Position numbers and translations under genes: made by a program
Notes under the pieces: model-generated
Told to the model about the DNA's origin: nothing
Databases searched by the model: none
What the model saw: only the letters and a program-made list of their open reading frames with translations
Assembly: GCA_051530055.1 (NCBI GenBank)
Contig: CM121341.1
Span: 15,230,784 to 15,294,783 of the forward strand
Length of the DNA stretch: 64,000 bases
Source: Neoechinorhynchus agilis
Taxonomy: Eukaryota > Animalia > Acanthocephala
Direction: 5' to 3'
Shown here: piece by piece, positions 49,804 through 62,700 of the stretch
How the letters are laid out: each line of letters begins with the position of its first letter
Position numbering within the stretch: position 1 is the stretch's first letter

Positions 49804-50944
49804 ATGCTGATTTCATCTTCGAGTTTAAGCTCCACGTCTACGGCAATATCGCTCATGTCGACCAATGTAGCTCCGCACGTTCAATTGAGTTTAGCGTTTG
49901 TAACGACCGTAAGATGCTTTGGAATGTTGATTATAATCTTTGGGACGATTGGTAATCTTCTGTCGATACTTGTGCTCACCAGACCACGCCTAAGAAAACA
50001 ACCAACAGCCGTCTATTTGACCGCACTCGCATTCTCAGACATTGGAATTATCTATTTTATCTACTTCACTCATTATCTCTCATTCTCGTACCGAAAAAAT
50101 GTTCGCCTATATAGTTCATTTCTCTGTAAACTGTCGTGCTTCACCAGCCATACCTTCCTCCAACTAAGTCCTGCATTACTAGCACTAGTTAGTGTCCAAC
50201 GGCTCTTAACAGTAAAAAATCCTTCCATAAATGTTCCTTTAATATGCAATCTAAACATGTCTAAGATCATCATCTCCACGGTCGCACTGATTTCAGCACT
50301 AGCCAACTGCCATTTTTTGGTATTTTATCGCCTTCAGCACGATTCGTACGATAACGTTTCATTCTGTGGACCGGATTCCCGATACTCAGCTTATCGATAC
50401 TTCTTATCTCGAATCCATCCAAGAGTAATACTTTTCTCATGCGTTATCGGACCGTCCTTTACCATGATAATATGCAACTTCAAACTCGGACGCCATGTTC
50501 TAAAAACTACCAAAGGGGTATTCCGTGATTCAGCTAGCGAAACCAACTCTACTTTGGCCGGGCAATCGAAAAGGAGGCAAAATCGACAAAAATCTTTAAC
50601 TATCATGCTCACCAGCGTATCGGCAGTTTATATTCTATTCACAGCACCAGCAATCTTTGTCTATCTTTTATTCCGTCATGAGTGATCACAGCAAAGGAGG
50701 GGAGAGCAAGGTGCTGCAGCTGCGAACGCTCAATAGCACAATCATCAATTCGTTTAGTCTCAGAGCCATCATATGGGCAGTCGTGAACATGCTGCTGACG
50801 CTGAACACTGTTGCAAATTTCGTCTTATATTTCCTGGCAGGTAATGTATTCAGAAGTGAACTTAAGCTTGTAAAAACTTGTGGAGCGAACTGCAAGGTCA
50901 TCAAAAAAATCGATACGCCCACCTATTTTATTCTTTGCAATTGA
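49804..50944 (+). CDS. Rhodopsin-class (family A) peptide-receptor-like GPCR, intronless, with a 1-nt frameshift after TM6
   Basis: TM1 GTIGNLLSILVL, TM2 YLTALAFSD, TM3 C...VSVQRL (DRY variant), TM6 YILFTAP, and TM7 NTVANFVLYFLAGNVFR in the +1 frame. Removing one T from TTTT at 50,666-69 fuses the two ORFs. Confidence 0.85.
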
Positions 50945-51382
50945 CATTTTTTCGCTCTTTTTTAAATGTAGCCTAAAATAGTTAGTGCAAATATGAAGCG
51001 TTATAAAGTGTTGATCGCAACAATATTATGGATTAATCTTTCTGATAAGCGCTTAAAATGTCATGCCATTGTTCTTGTTCTAAATAATCTATAAATACGA
51101 CCATTAATCACACAAACAACGGCAATCGCTCCACATGATAATCTCAGGATGTCTACACCAAATGGGCCTCGTATATTCGGAGACTACAGACAGTCAAGAA
51201 AGTTGATAATATTTTGAAGCCATTCGCCTAGCTCTCTACTGCGCAATCAACTACTGCGACCATTTCGATTGTAACAATAAACGTGTAAGTGAGCGATTTT
51301 GAATAGCAGTTTGGGTTGTGTATTTGTGATTAAGTTTTTAAGAACTTTTAATCAAAATCACATGTTTTTTATCCAGTAAAAA

Positions 51383-53628
51383 ATGCGAGCTGACCGGAAA
51401 ATAGCTTCAGCAGCTCTTCATACATATAAATTACAAGACTTTTCTGTGAATTGGAAGTCTTAGATAAAGTGCGAGAAGTCTTGTTAAACAGCTTTTCTAA
51501 AAAAGACCAGGTTATTTAAGTGGAAACGAAATGGTGAAGATGAGAACTGGCCTGAGCATGCAATCGATGCTCTGTACAAGCGATTGAAAAAGAAGAAAGG
51601 TTCTACCTAGTTTTTTTGCAATTCACTAAAGTTTTCTAATATTTTTAGGCGAAGTCGAGAAACTAGTTGAGATTTTATCAAACCCATCTTCCATTAGTGA
51701 ATGTGTCACGATTCCTCGCTCAATGGATGGCCGAATTCAGTACGCAGCTAATCGAAAATGCCTTCCTCATGTCCTCTATTGTCGCCTATGGAGATGGCCA
51801 GATCTTTCAAACTGTCAAGAACTTAGATCTGTGCCAAACTGCGACCATCCGTATCAGTCCGAAAATAAAAACAGTAAAGATATTTGCATCAATCCATACC
51901 ATTACATACGGCTTACACGAGCTGCCACTACTGCCGCTTCGACGAGTAAATATCACTGTAAAATTATTGATTGATAATTTTCTTGTATTTTAGATCTTCC
52001 GCCCGTTCTGGTTCCATGCTACAATCAGTTCCCCGCGGTTTCCGAACAAACGCGAGCAAACGAAAATCAACCTTTCTCCACAGCAGACAACGTTCAATCT
52101 GGTAAGTATTATGGTTGAAATCGGTTAGCTTTTCTAATTTATGGTTCATTTAAAACTGTAAAATAAATAGATCTACACTGTGCTTCTCTGCTACACATAT
52201 ACAACCAACAAATCATTTTTTTGTGAAACTATTTCGCTTTTAATTCTTGTAAATATCCCGACGTTGCCAGTATACTGGCAGCGTTCCCTCGCTGTATCAC
52301 AATTGCGATTCGTTGAGCGAGGAAATTTCTCGAGCGCGGTTCCCCCGTCGTCATTTCGTCCTTCGTCCCAAATCGTCGAGGAGAGGGAGCGCTAACGGTC
52401 CCAAGGCTCCATACGTTTCCACGGCAATAGGGACGAAATGGTAATTCCTTAGGAGCTCTCTATATTTTGAACGCTTTCGTTCCTCAGCTACGACCGCTGA
52501 ACCTCCAGGGCGCTTTTTTCAAAAGGGAAAATTACTGGGGGCAAGCGTGTCCACACAAGTCGCGTCCCATAAAAGCGGTTTTCCCTCCCGCCATGGAAAA
52601 ACCGTGACACCGTCAGGTCGCTTGCTGTCTAGGCGGCATAAATTACTCGGCTCTAGAATATTGGACACGTGAACGGAATCAAGCTAAATGATAATAATCG
52701 ACAAGTTTTCTCCAAAAATCGGTTTTTTGCCTGACTAGAACATATCAATACATTAACATTTCTCTCCTTTGATAATCATGTACAAATTGGATCGCCATTG
52801 TCATTGTAGGTGCTCCAATAAGTGCCAATAACCAGGATATCCACCAGCATTCAGCTTATGTTCCATACGAACCACAATCAAATTGGTGTATGATAGCTTA
52901 CCATGAACTTAATCAACGGGTTGGGCCCGTTTTCTTTGGAAACAGTCCCACAATTCAAGTAGACGGATACACGAACCCACTGTCTTCGGATTTTACAATT
53001 AGAAATGATCCACTAAAATCACGTATCTTTTTCTTTTTTCGTGAGTAAGAAAATTATACGAGTTATAAAGAAACAACTTTTGCAAATGACAAATGCCGTT
53101 GCTGCCCCGCCTCCATTTACACGATTTTCACTTGGTCCAATATCATCTTTATTCCGAAACTCCACTACGAAGAAAGTCCGAACTCACATTGGAAAAGGTA
53201 TATTGCTGACACAATCAGCCAATTCGCTAGATGTCTACCTTCAAGTACTGGGATCTCATCCGGTGTTTGTCCGGAGTAGAATCCTTAATGGCGAACAAGG
53301 ATTTCTCGACTGTACAGTTGTCAAGATGCATCCGGGAACAAGCCTCAGAGTATTCTCAGAAGCTGTATTTTATCAAACACTCACTGCTGCTCTTCAATGT
53401 GGTCCTACCGAAAACTGTGTAAGTCCGTTCGATGCGGTCTATGATCTGATAGGCTGCTGCAAGTTTTCGTTAAGTTTCATCAAAGGTTGGGGCAATGGAT
53501 ATGCGAGAAGCGATATATCCTCAACTCCCTGTTGGCTCGAAGTTCACCTTAATGGACCACTGTCATGGTTAGATAATATCTTAGCTACTATGGGATGCGC
53601 TCAATCGATGATGTCTTCAAGAACTTGA
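51383..53628 (+). CDS. SMAD1: Receptor-regulated Smad, BMP type (Smad1/5/8-Mad-like), divergent
   Basis: MH1: RLFKWK...[14 protein letters not shown]|[40 protein letters not shown]. Linker LPPVLVP. MH2: [52 protein letters not shown]. The start exon is tentative, and orthology within Smad1/5/8 is not established. Confidence 0.85.
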
Positions 53629-55013
53629 TCTGCTCATATTGTGTGTGCGCTCTTTGGACCTTTATATTTTTCAATTTTTGAATAATATTAAAGCTCATAC
53701 TGATCTTTGTTTTTTTAAGAAAGTTATCTGTCGGCATATATTCCGTTCAGAGCTTCCTATCGTCACCTTTATCGATATTGGACTAGTTTCATCATCCTTA
53801 AAATACGACACTCAATGTCATGGCTTCACTCGTGATAGCACAAACTATGATCATAAAAATTGTTGCAACCATTGCGCTTTGGAATTCTAGGTTCGCTTTA
53901 AGTATCGTAAAAAATCCATAAAAAGCAGCTAACTAAACCTTAATTGAGTTTCATCTCGTGCTGCCTGAAAACATATACAATTTCTTTAGAGCCTCTTTCG
54001 ATGTTCATTAAAACTCCATGTTCGTAATTATCGCTATATTTTAGAACTTATTTCCATCTTCCAGTAAAAAATTCTGAATTTCTGGACATGCACTTGTGTG
54101 TGTGCTTAAGAATGTTCGTCAGCCTTGAAAATTCATTTCGGATAATCTTTCAAATTACTAAAGACAGTTCTACATGTTGTTTGCACCTATAAATGAAATC
54201 TCTCTATATAAAAAATAAATGTATTTCCTTGGACATGATGCAACAAAACTCATTTTTTTGTCGTTAGAGAATTTGAGTTTCGTACGAGCGCAAAAGACAA
54301 GTTCTTGTAAGGATTTTACATAGTAAAAAATATAGTTTCACATCTAATCGTATTTTTTTGCTAACCATCTCATTGTTTCCATCAATGTCCGTTTAATTTC
54401 TTAAACACAAATTGTTAATTCTAATACAATTATTGCTGTTACTGCATTTCCTGGAAATACACATTTAGTGAAGACTGTTTTAAAGGCACTTCTCCCCTTA
54501 AATTACTTTAGCTACATTCCTTTGAGATTCGTGTGCATTGCACAATATCTCCACTCCTTGCTTTTAAAGAGTAATTTCATTTCCTGGACGTTTATAAAAG
54601 TACGAAGATCCTTCGCAAATAGTGCATTCTGTAAAATCTCTTCATTAAACTTTTGCTACATAGCCATCATAACGGTATTAGAAAGTATGAAATGTCGCTT
54701 TGTTTTAATCTGGAAATAAACATGTATTGCTAAACCGAATAGCGTATTTCATATTGCTCTCAAAAAATTAACTTAAATCCGTTGTCTAGCCTGGTGTTTC
54801 GGTTTCTACCGAACATTCTCTAGCAAGAAAATACTATTTTTTCATTTTCTGGCATTATCATTGTCGCCTTGGTATTGGACAACTTGCAGTTCTAGATCCT
54901 TAAAAGACATGTCTCTCTTTTAGACAAACACACGTATTCAGCTACTTTCCTTATTGTAGCTAACATTTCTTTTTCTCCTCTTCTTTTCACGCATAGATTC
55001 GCTTCCGTGCGTC

Positions 55014-58000
55014 ATGTCTCGTCTTAGGGGACTTTCTCCAGCAAGTGTGGTCGTGGGTGAGGAACACAAAAGGAGTGCATCCGTGGGGCACAATCAAAAT
55101 GCAGTACCTTTAAGGGCAATGCTGAAGATGTGCACTTGTTGGTGGTGCCTTAATCCATCTTCATCCTCGGTAAGATAAGAACGAAAATCTTAATAGTTGT
55201 TCTCGGTGTATAGGACGAAAAAGGAAGCTGTAAGGCAATGGCGTCAACAACAACAATCCGTCAACAGGTCAAGTTCCAAAATGATTTGAAGAAAATTAAA
55301 AGGAGTTCAAGATGCGCAGGTGGAGGTGCATCGACTGGGGTTAGTGGTCTACGAGTCATTAAAGCCGAACTGGTGAGCGGAAACATTTGAATCTAGTCCA
55401 TGTATTCGGTGGATTCATACTTTTAGGATGTTAGGAGAGAAATCGCATCCTGCAGAGAAAATCGAGTCGACAGACTTGACCTCTCAAAGTCAAATGTTAG
55501 TATTCCGTTATTCTAAATGTAACCTCCACAACCATTATTCGACAAAATGCGTGCTTTTTTAATCTTGTTATAATTTTGAGATTTTTCTGCTATTTTCAGA
55601 CAACATGACGAAAATGATTTGTAGCTTTCTGAGTCGTATGATGGTTTATTCACAGAAAATTCGTAAATAATTTCAGACCACTTTTTGCGGTAAAATATAT
55701 AATCATTATAAAAAATAAGAACTCGTGTTCATGACAGTAGAAGACAGATGATTTTTTTCGAATTCAATCATGTCACTGTAAAGTATGAAACAATGTTTTA
55801 CGATTTAATTCAAAATAACTTTTTGGTTAGTCAAACCCTAAGTTTTATTATTTCTGATTCTGAATATTTTAACAATATTAATGATCACCAAAGCAACTTT
55901 AAACGTCCTTATAAATAGAAAATCCAAATTGTTTGAGGAAAAAGGTCATGGGGAAATAAAATTGTTCGCATTTTACAAAATACAAAAACTAGGCTATTAA
56001 TCACATACTTTATAATTAAAAGATCTAACCTTAAACTGCAAGTAATCACTTGAAAACCAAGAGCAACTGTTTATCGTTTTGAAATATGCGTTTATTGTAA
56101 ATATTGGATTGTTAACTAACATTCGCATCGATGAATTATTTCATTTAGCTGACAGCCTTGCCGTCAACTATAAGAGACGTAAGATCAATTTAAATTTAAC
56201 TTTCCTTTTCTATTTGAAAGCCAAAAAATAGCTGACAAATTTAAAAGAATTGTATTTATACGGAAACAGAATTCATTCCTTACCAGCAGAGATCGGAAAT
56301 CTCAGAGAACTTAGAGTATTAAGTCTGAGTGAAAATGCACTAACAACATTGCCGGATTCGATGAGGAACCTCCAAGAACTTCGCGTATTTGACCTCAGGC
56401 ATAACAAACTCGTTGAGGTAAAATTTGATAATGTTTTTGAGAATGACATTTACGTGAAAAAAGATCCCAGATTTGATTTATGGACTTGAATCGCTGACGA
56501 CGCTTTATCTACGATTTAATCGCATCAGAGAAATAAAGGCGGATATTGGGAAACTAGAGGTCAGTCTTACCTAAATTGCGAATCACATTAAACTTTTTAT
56601 AAGGGCTTGGTGATTTTAAGTTTAAGAGAGAACCGAATTAGACACTTACCAACAGCTATCGGTCACTTAGTCAATTTATTGACTCTCGATATCGCCCATA
56701 ATCAATTGGAGCATCTTCCTAGTGAAGTCGGATATTGCAAATCGCTAACAACGTTGGACGTACAGCATAATGAATTAACGAACCTTCCTGACTCTATTGG
56801 ATATTTGAGCAATCTAAATCGCCTTCTCATAAGGTTTATGATAATTTGTTCAAATGAATATTCTAAACAGTTTGTGCTAAAAAATTTAAGGTATAACAAA
56901 ATCACCGATATTCCCGCTACGTTGAGCCAATGCAAAAAGCTTGACGATTTTAACATTGAAGGGAATTGTATAACACGATTGCCGGTAAGATCTTCCACGT
57001 GTTTCTTTTCCTCTTCAGTTCTTTAGAGTTCACTCCTCCTGGAACTTTCGAAAAATTTGAATTCTATCACATTGGCAAGGAATAATTTTAGCTCCTTCGC
57101 CGCGTTCGCTGGTGCAGGCGGACCAAGACAATTTGAATCCGTGCGATCGGTTAATTTGGAATGCAACAGAATTGAGAAAATTCCATTTGGAATTTTTGCG
57201 ATAGCTAAACAATTAACCGCACTTAATTTAAAGGAAAATCACATTAGGTCGCTACCTATCGGTAAGACGATTATCGCTCTCTTGTACTGACTTCTTCGTC
57301 GAGAAAGATATCCGCTCGTGGGCATCTTTGGTAGAATTGAACATTGCGACAAATCATTTGATTATACTACCAGACGAAATTGGATATCTACACAATCTCG
57401 AAGTGCTTGTCCTTAGTAATAATCAGTTGAAGGTGATTTAGGATAATATTTAGGACGTAAACTGTTGCTTATTTTTGCTTGCGATCAGCAAATGCTCATT
57501 GGAAATTCTATTTGAAGCTAGGTTTTCATTTTAAGTAAATACAAAATTGAAATCACTGACGAGTAAATTCAACAATGTAGTTTCGTACCTATTGAATCGT
57601 CGAAAGCGTCCCACTGATTTATAAGCACTAAGGAAGCGTACTTTTCCATTGTTTATACAACCGTTTCAGCACGCATCATGAAGATAGATGCCTTTTTCGT
57701 CTGATATTATCTGACACCTAATTTTCGAAGCTAAGACCTATCGGGGAACTGTTATCACGAAACACATTAACCAAGTTATACAAATATGTTTCTGATTAAG
57801 CGGCCAATTTCTACGATTTGTGGCGATATCTTTTTAATCGTTGAAAACAGAAGCAATATAAGTTTTGCTTTAAGCAAGCGAATTTGGTGATGTATTGAGT
57901 TCCGGTAATTGGCTTTTAAGAGAGCTTTTTTGCCGGATTCCGCATCACACGTTTTTCTTATGATAAAAGCTCGTTTGTTAACAGGAGGCCCGAGGGAGTG

Positions 58001-59593
58001 TAATCAACGACAAACGAAATGTAGACTAGGAGAGTATTACAGAGCTCTAATATAGATACTTAAGTTTTAAAGTGCCTTTTAGCAGAGCTTTTAAAACATG
58101 TCCAATCGAAATAATTGAGATTAAAATAGCATTTTCTAATAAAAAACTGGTCTGGCAAATATATCATCTGTCCCGAGTTAATTTTTAATTTGATACAAAC
58201 CATTTGAATTTAACCTTATTAAATAGGAAAATAGCTTCTTGTAAAGTTCGCAAGTGTTTACTTCATCAGAACTCGAGGAAGAAGCTCTTGCATACATTTG
58301 TGGCACAGATATATTCTGATTCGCAATGCGACTTGATTTCCATATTCTTCGCCGATTCACCCCGAGGTAGTGAACGTGCTTGTCAAAGCGACATAATTTT
58401 GTAAGTCAGCACAGTTATGACAAAAGGCTATGTGCCAAATAGAATTTTAAGAAAATTCAGTTTATTCGCTTGAGAGTTGTAATATCCTGGTTTTAGAAGA
58501 AAACGATAATGAAACCACAAAGATTTTTATTTTTGTAGAATTGCGCTGTGAGATGATTTTCGCGGCAAAGACACCCGTATATTGAATGATGTCTTCACCG
58601 ACTTTTATGCCGTTTTGTTGTCAGTTTGTCTTGTCAAAAAGGATTCCAATTTAACTTACTTTAGATTTCTGTGTAGAGTTTCTCATCTTAAAAAGGAAAT
58701 GCTCGCTCCTCGCAAGTTTTCGTCTTGATTTATTTTTTGGTGACTTCGAACCTCGTCTGATTCATCATCAGTTCTAAAAAACGAGAAGTAAAATGGTACC
58801 CTTCTGTTTATATATCACACAACATTCTTTGGGTTCATACAAAAAATAGGCAGTTCGAAAGTGCGGATAAAAAAGTAGATTCATCCTCGGCAGTTTTCCC
58901 TTCTATCTTTTTTCACTTTGCAACGGTTTATGACTCCTATGGGTAAAATAAACAGTAACTAATTGCTCGACGATTAAGCGAATCCCAAACTCTATTGGGC
59001 AACTTAATGTCCTTTGTTCCTCTTTTGGGTGATAAGAGGAATGAACGCATAGAAGACTAAGGCACCTTGATTTGGAAGAGAATGAGCTGGAACACATTCC
59101 ATCCGAGATTGGCGAACTAAGTGAATTGTCGTGGCTTTCAATTGCATCAAACGCACTTTGCGAACTTAGTGATCATATTTGGTAATGGTGTTTTGCAAAC
59201 ACATTAATGGTCCTAAACTGTACCATATAGCTATCTTACCAATCTTCAGTACTTAAACGTGGGTGAAAATCGGATAATTTCCATTCCAAATGAAATTGGT
59301 AAGATTTTTCATTCAAATTTATCAAATGAACAATTGTGCATTAATTTAGGCCAGCTGGAAAAACTGGAGCAACTATATATCAATGATAATGAACTCTTGA
59401 GCGACCTTCCATTTACGCTTACACTTTGTCAAAATCTGCAAATTCTGGGACTTGAAAACTGCCCTTTAAGTGCTTTTCCGCTCGAGATAGTGGCCGGGGG
59501 ACCATCACTAATTGTGCAGGTACCCGAGATATTATAGGCATTCTATTTCATTCATTTATACAGTATTTAAAAATGAGAAGCATAAAACGCTGA
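55014..59593 (+). CDS. SHOC2: Leucine-rich repeat protein SHOC2/SUR-8, about 14 exons
   Basis: [63 protein letters not shown], and C-terminal [23 protein letters not shown]|YLKM all match the SHOC2 repeat series. Stop TGA at 59,591-93. Confidence 0.93.
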
Positions 59594-59719
59594 GAAATTC
59601 ATTGATATACAATCGAAAAAATCATTTGTAAATTTAATGAATAAATGCGCTTTATATGTCCCTTTAAAAGCTAAATAATAACACGTTTATTGTTAACCAA
59701 ATACAAAGAATAGGAACCA

Positions 59720-62700
59720 TGTGTGGCGAGTAACGTCAGAGGTCCACCAATCGATGTGCACGCATGGTGCATGGAGTACAACTAGAAAACAGAGCGCGTT
59801 GGTTTTTTGAGTTGAACTACATTGGTGCCCCCGACGCTTGTTAGCGAAGCAACAAGATATGGACAGTCAGGCATCGATTCAAGCGGTAAACATGAAATTG
59901 CCACCTTTTTGGATCGAACAATCCCGAGTGTGGTTCGTACAAGCTGAGGCTCAATTTGCACTGAGGAGCATTATGGCAGACGACGAAAAATTCTATTACG
60001 TCCTCGCAGCTCTGGATCAAAATACTGCCGGACGAGTAATAGATCTTCTGGAGACTCCGCCACAGCAAAAGAAGTACGATGCACTCAAAGACCGCTTACT
60101 CGATACATTTTCCTTGTCGGAATACACGCGTGCCAGGCGGATTCTACACATGGAGGAACTAGGGGACGCTCAACCATCAGAACTCATGGACAAGGTTTTA
60201 GGATACCTCGGGGCAGGTGTTCATGGAGCGGCTACCTGAGGATATGCGCTCGGTACTTGTTCACTCCAAGATTACGGATCCCCGTAAACTTGCACAAGCA
60301 GCCGACGAATTGTTCAGGGCAAAGCGGTTCACCGCGGGATCGATTAAACAAAACACCGATTTTATATTCCCTGTTGAACAAACCAAAAAGAAGCAAACGG
60401 ATATTTGCTTCTATCACCAACGGTACGGCAACCGCGCCAAGCGTTGCCGACCACCTTGTTCGATGGCACAAGACGCGTTTAAAAAAACTGCTAAGGAAAT
60501 AAACACGTTATTCTATGTTCACGACAGTGGGACAGGTCGACGATTTCTAGTGGACACCGGTGCCGAGGTGAGTGTTATGCCGGCGTCGATAGCTGATAAG
60601 TCAGTTAGTGCACAAAGCCGAACACTTACCGCGGCTAACGGCTCCTCAATCAAAACATTCGGAAGCCGGATGGTGGTGCTTCGTTTCGGTAAATGGACGA
60701 TTAAGTGGAAGTTTCTGATCGCAGCTGTGCGGCAACCGTTGCTGGGGGCTGATTTCCTTCGACACAGCGGACTGCTAGTCGATGCCCGTGGGTAAAAGTT
60801 GGTCGACCCATTAAACCACTGGGGAGAAGGCATTCCCTCATCACGAAAAGAAACCGAAGTAGCTCAAGTGAATATGACAAGTCCAAAAATTTCGATTTAC
60901 GCAAAGATGTTGAGTGCATTCCCGGGCATCAGTACTCACGATTTCTCGGGTACTGAGGTGAAGCATGGTGTGCGGCACCACATTCAAATGAATTGTGCTC
61001 CTATCCACGCACGGGCGCGACGCCTTACACCTGAGAAACTAGCCATCGCACAAGAGGAATTCGCCAGAATGGAATCGCTCGGAATCATTCGACGATCAAG
61101 CAGCCAGTGGGCGTCTCGGTTACACGTGGTTCCGAAATCAGACGGCACATGGAGGCCGTGCGGCGATTATCGACGATTAAACGAAATCACCATTCCTGAT
61201 AGATATCCGGTCCCTCACATCCACGATTTCTCAGCGCAGCTTTTCGGACGGGAGATATTCTCGAAGGTCGATTTGGTCCGAGGCTATCATCAAATCCCGG
61301 TCGCAGAGCACGACATACCTAAGACGGCAATCATAACGCCATTCGGTTTGTTCGAATTCCTCAGGATGCCTTTTGGCTTCTAAAATGCTGCACAAACCTT
61401 TCAACGGCTGATGGACGCAGTCTGCTCCGGTCTTGATTTCGCTTTCGTGTACCTGGATGACATCCTCATCGCCAGTTACAATCAGGCCGATCATTTACGC
61501 GACCTAAGAGTCCTATTCACTCGTCTAGCTGAACAGGGACTGGCCATCAACCTGCCAAAGTGCGTATTCGGCGTAAAGGCTCTCGACTTTATAGGTCATC
61601 GTGTCAGTGAAGAAGGAACCATCCCGATGCCCAGCAAGGTGGAAGCCATTCGAAGTTTTCCACGGCCAACGACAGTGAAGGCCCTTCAGGAGTTCGTGGG
61701 CATGGTAAATTTTTACCACTACTTTATGCCGGCGGCTTCCAAGTTGATGCATCCACTATACCTCGCGTTATCACAAAAAACCCCGAAAAAGATGTTTCCA
61801 TGGACTGAGGAAATGGATAAAGCTTTCAAAGTTACAAAAAACCACTGGCAGATGCCACTTTGCTTACCCACACCGCCAAAGACATCCCCATTGCAATCAC
61901 CACGGACGCTTCCGATTATGCTGTCGGTGCCATGTTGCAACAGAAAATATCTGACAGTTGGAGACCGCTAGCCTTTTCAGCCGTCAATTACGAAAACCCG
62001 AGCAAAAATACAGTGCCTTCGATCGAGAGCTGCAGCAAATTATCTTGCGATCCGACATTTCCGTTATGCTGTGGAAGAACGCTTTTTGACGGTTTTCACG
62101 GATCATCGACCACTCACTTTCGCAATAACACGAGTATCGGATCCATGGTCAGCACGGCAACAACGACACCTGAGCTATATTTCCGAGTATACCACAGACA
62201 TCCAGCACGTTAGCGGACGTAACAATAGCTTGGCCGATACACTCTCTAGAGCAATATTGAATAACGTCGCCGAGGGTATATCCTTTGAAGAGATGTCGCG
62301 AGCACAAAAAGATGACTCGGAAACACAGGCTTTACGTACAGCAAAGACTGGATTGCGTCTCCTTGATGTTCCAATTGGGGATGGTGAGATGACCATTTTG
62401 TGCGATATTTCAACAGGAAGGCAAAGGCCGTTAGTACCCGTTGCTTGGAGACGCCGCGTTTTTGATGCCGTCCACGAACCTCGAATCGGAGCTACGCGCA
62501 AGTTGGTGTCGAGCAAGTTCGTCTGGCAGGGTCTCGTCAAGGACGTGGGAAACTGGACGAAAATGTGTCTAGCCTGTCAAAAAGTGAAGATTCATCGACA
62601 CGTTAAAGCACCGCCGGAAATATTCGATGCACCTACAAACAGATTTGCACACATACACGTGGATCTCGTAGGCCCTCTCCCACCTTCTCAGGGATTCACA

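Noticed and set aside
53023-53120. Possible U12-like GT-AC intron in Smad (GTATCTTTT donor; would give KSRFSLG)
   Set aside because: A canonical 40-nt GT-AG intron (53,023-53,062) also restores the frame and no clear U12 branch point is present. RNA-seq would settle it.
58255-58320. [16 protein letters not shown] in the large SHOC2 intron, reminiscent of P-element/THAP9 transposase C-termini
   Set aside because: About 16 residues only, bounded by stops; insufficient evidence.
58740-58775. Minus-strand CTGATGATGAATCAGACGAGGTTCGAAGTC sharing GACGAGGTTCGAA with the 43.8-kb hammerhead motif
   Set aside because: GAAA is incomplete, there is no helix II or helix I pairing, and no flanking homology; likely chance.
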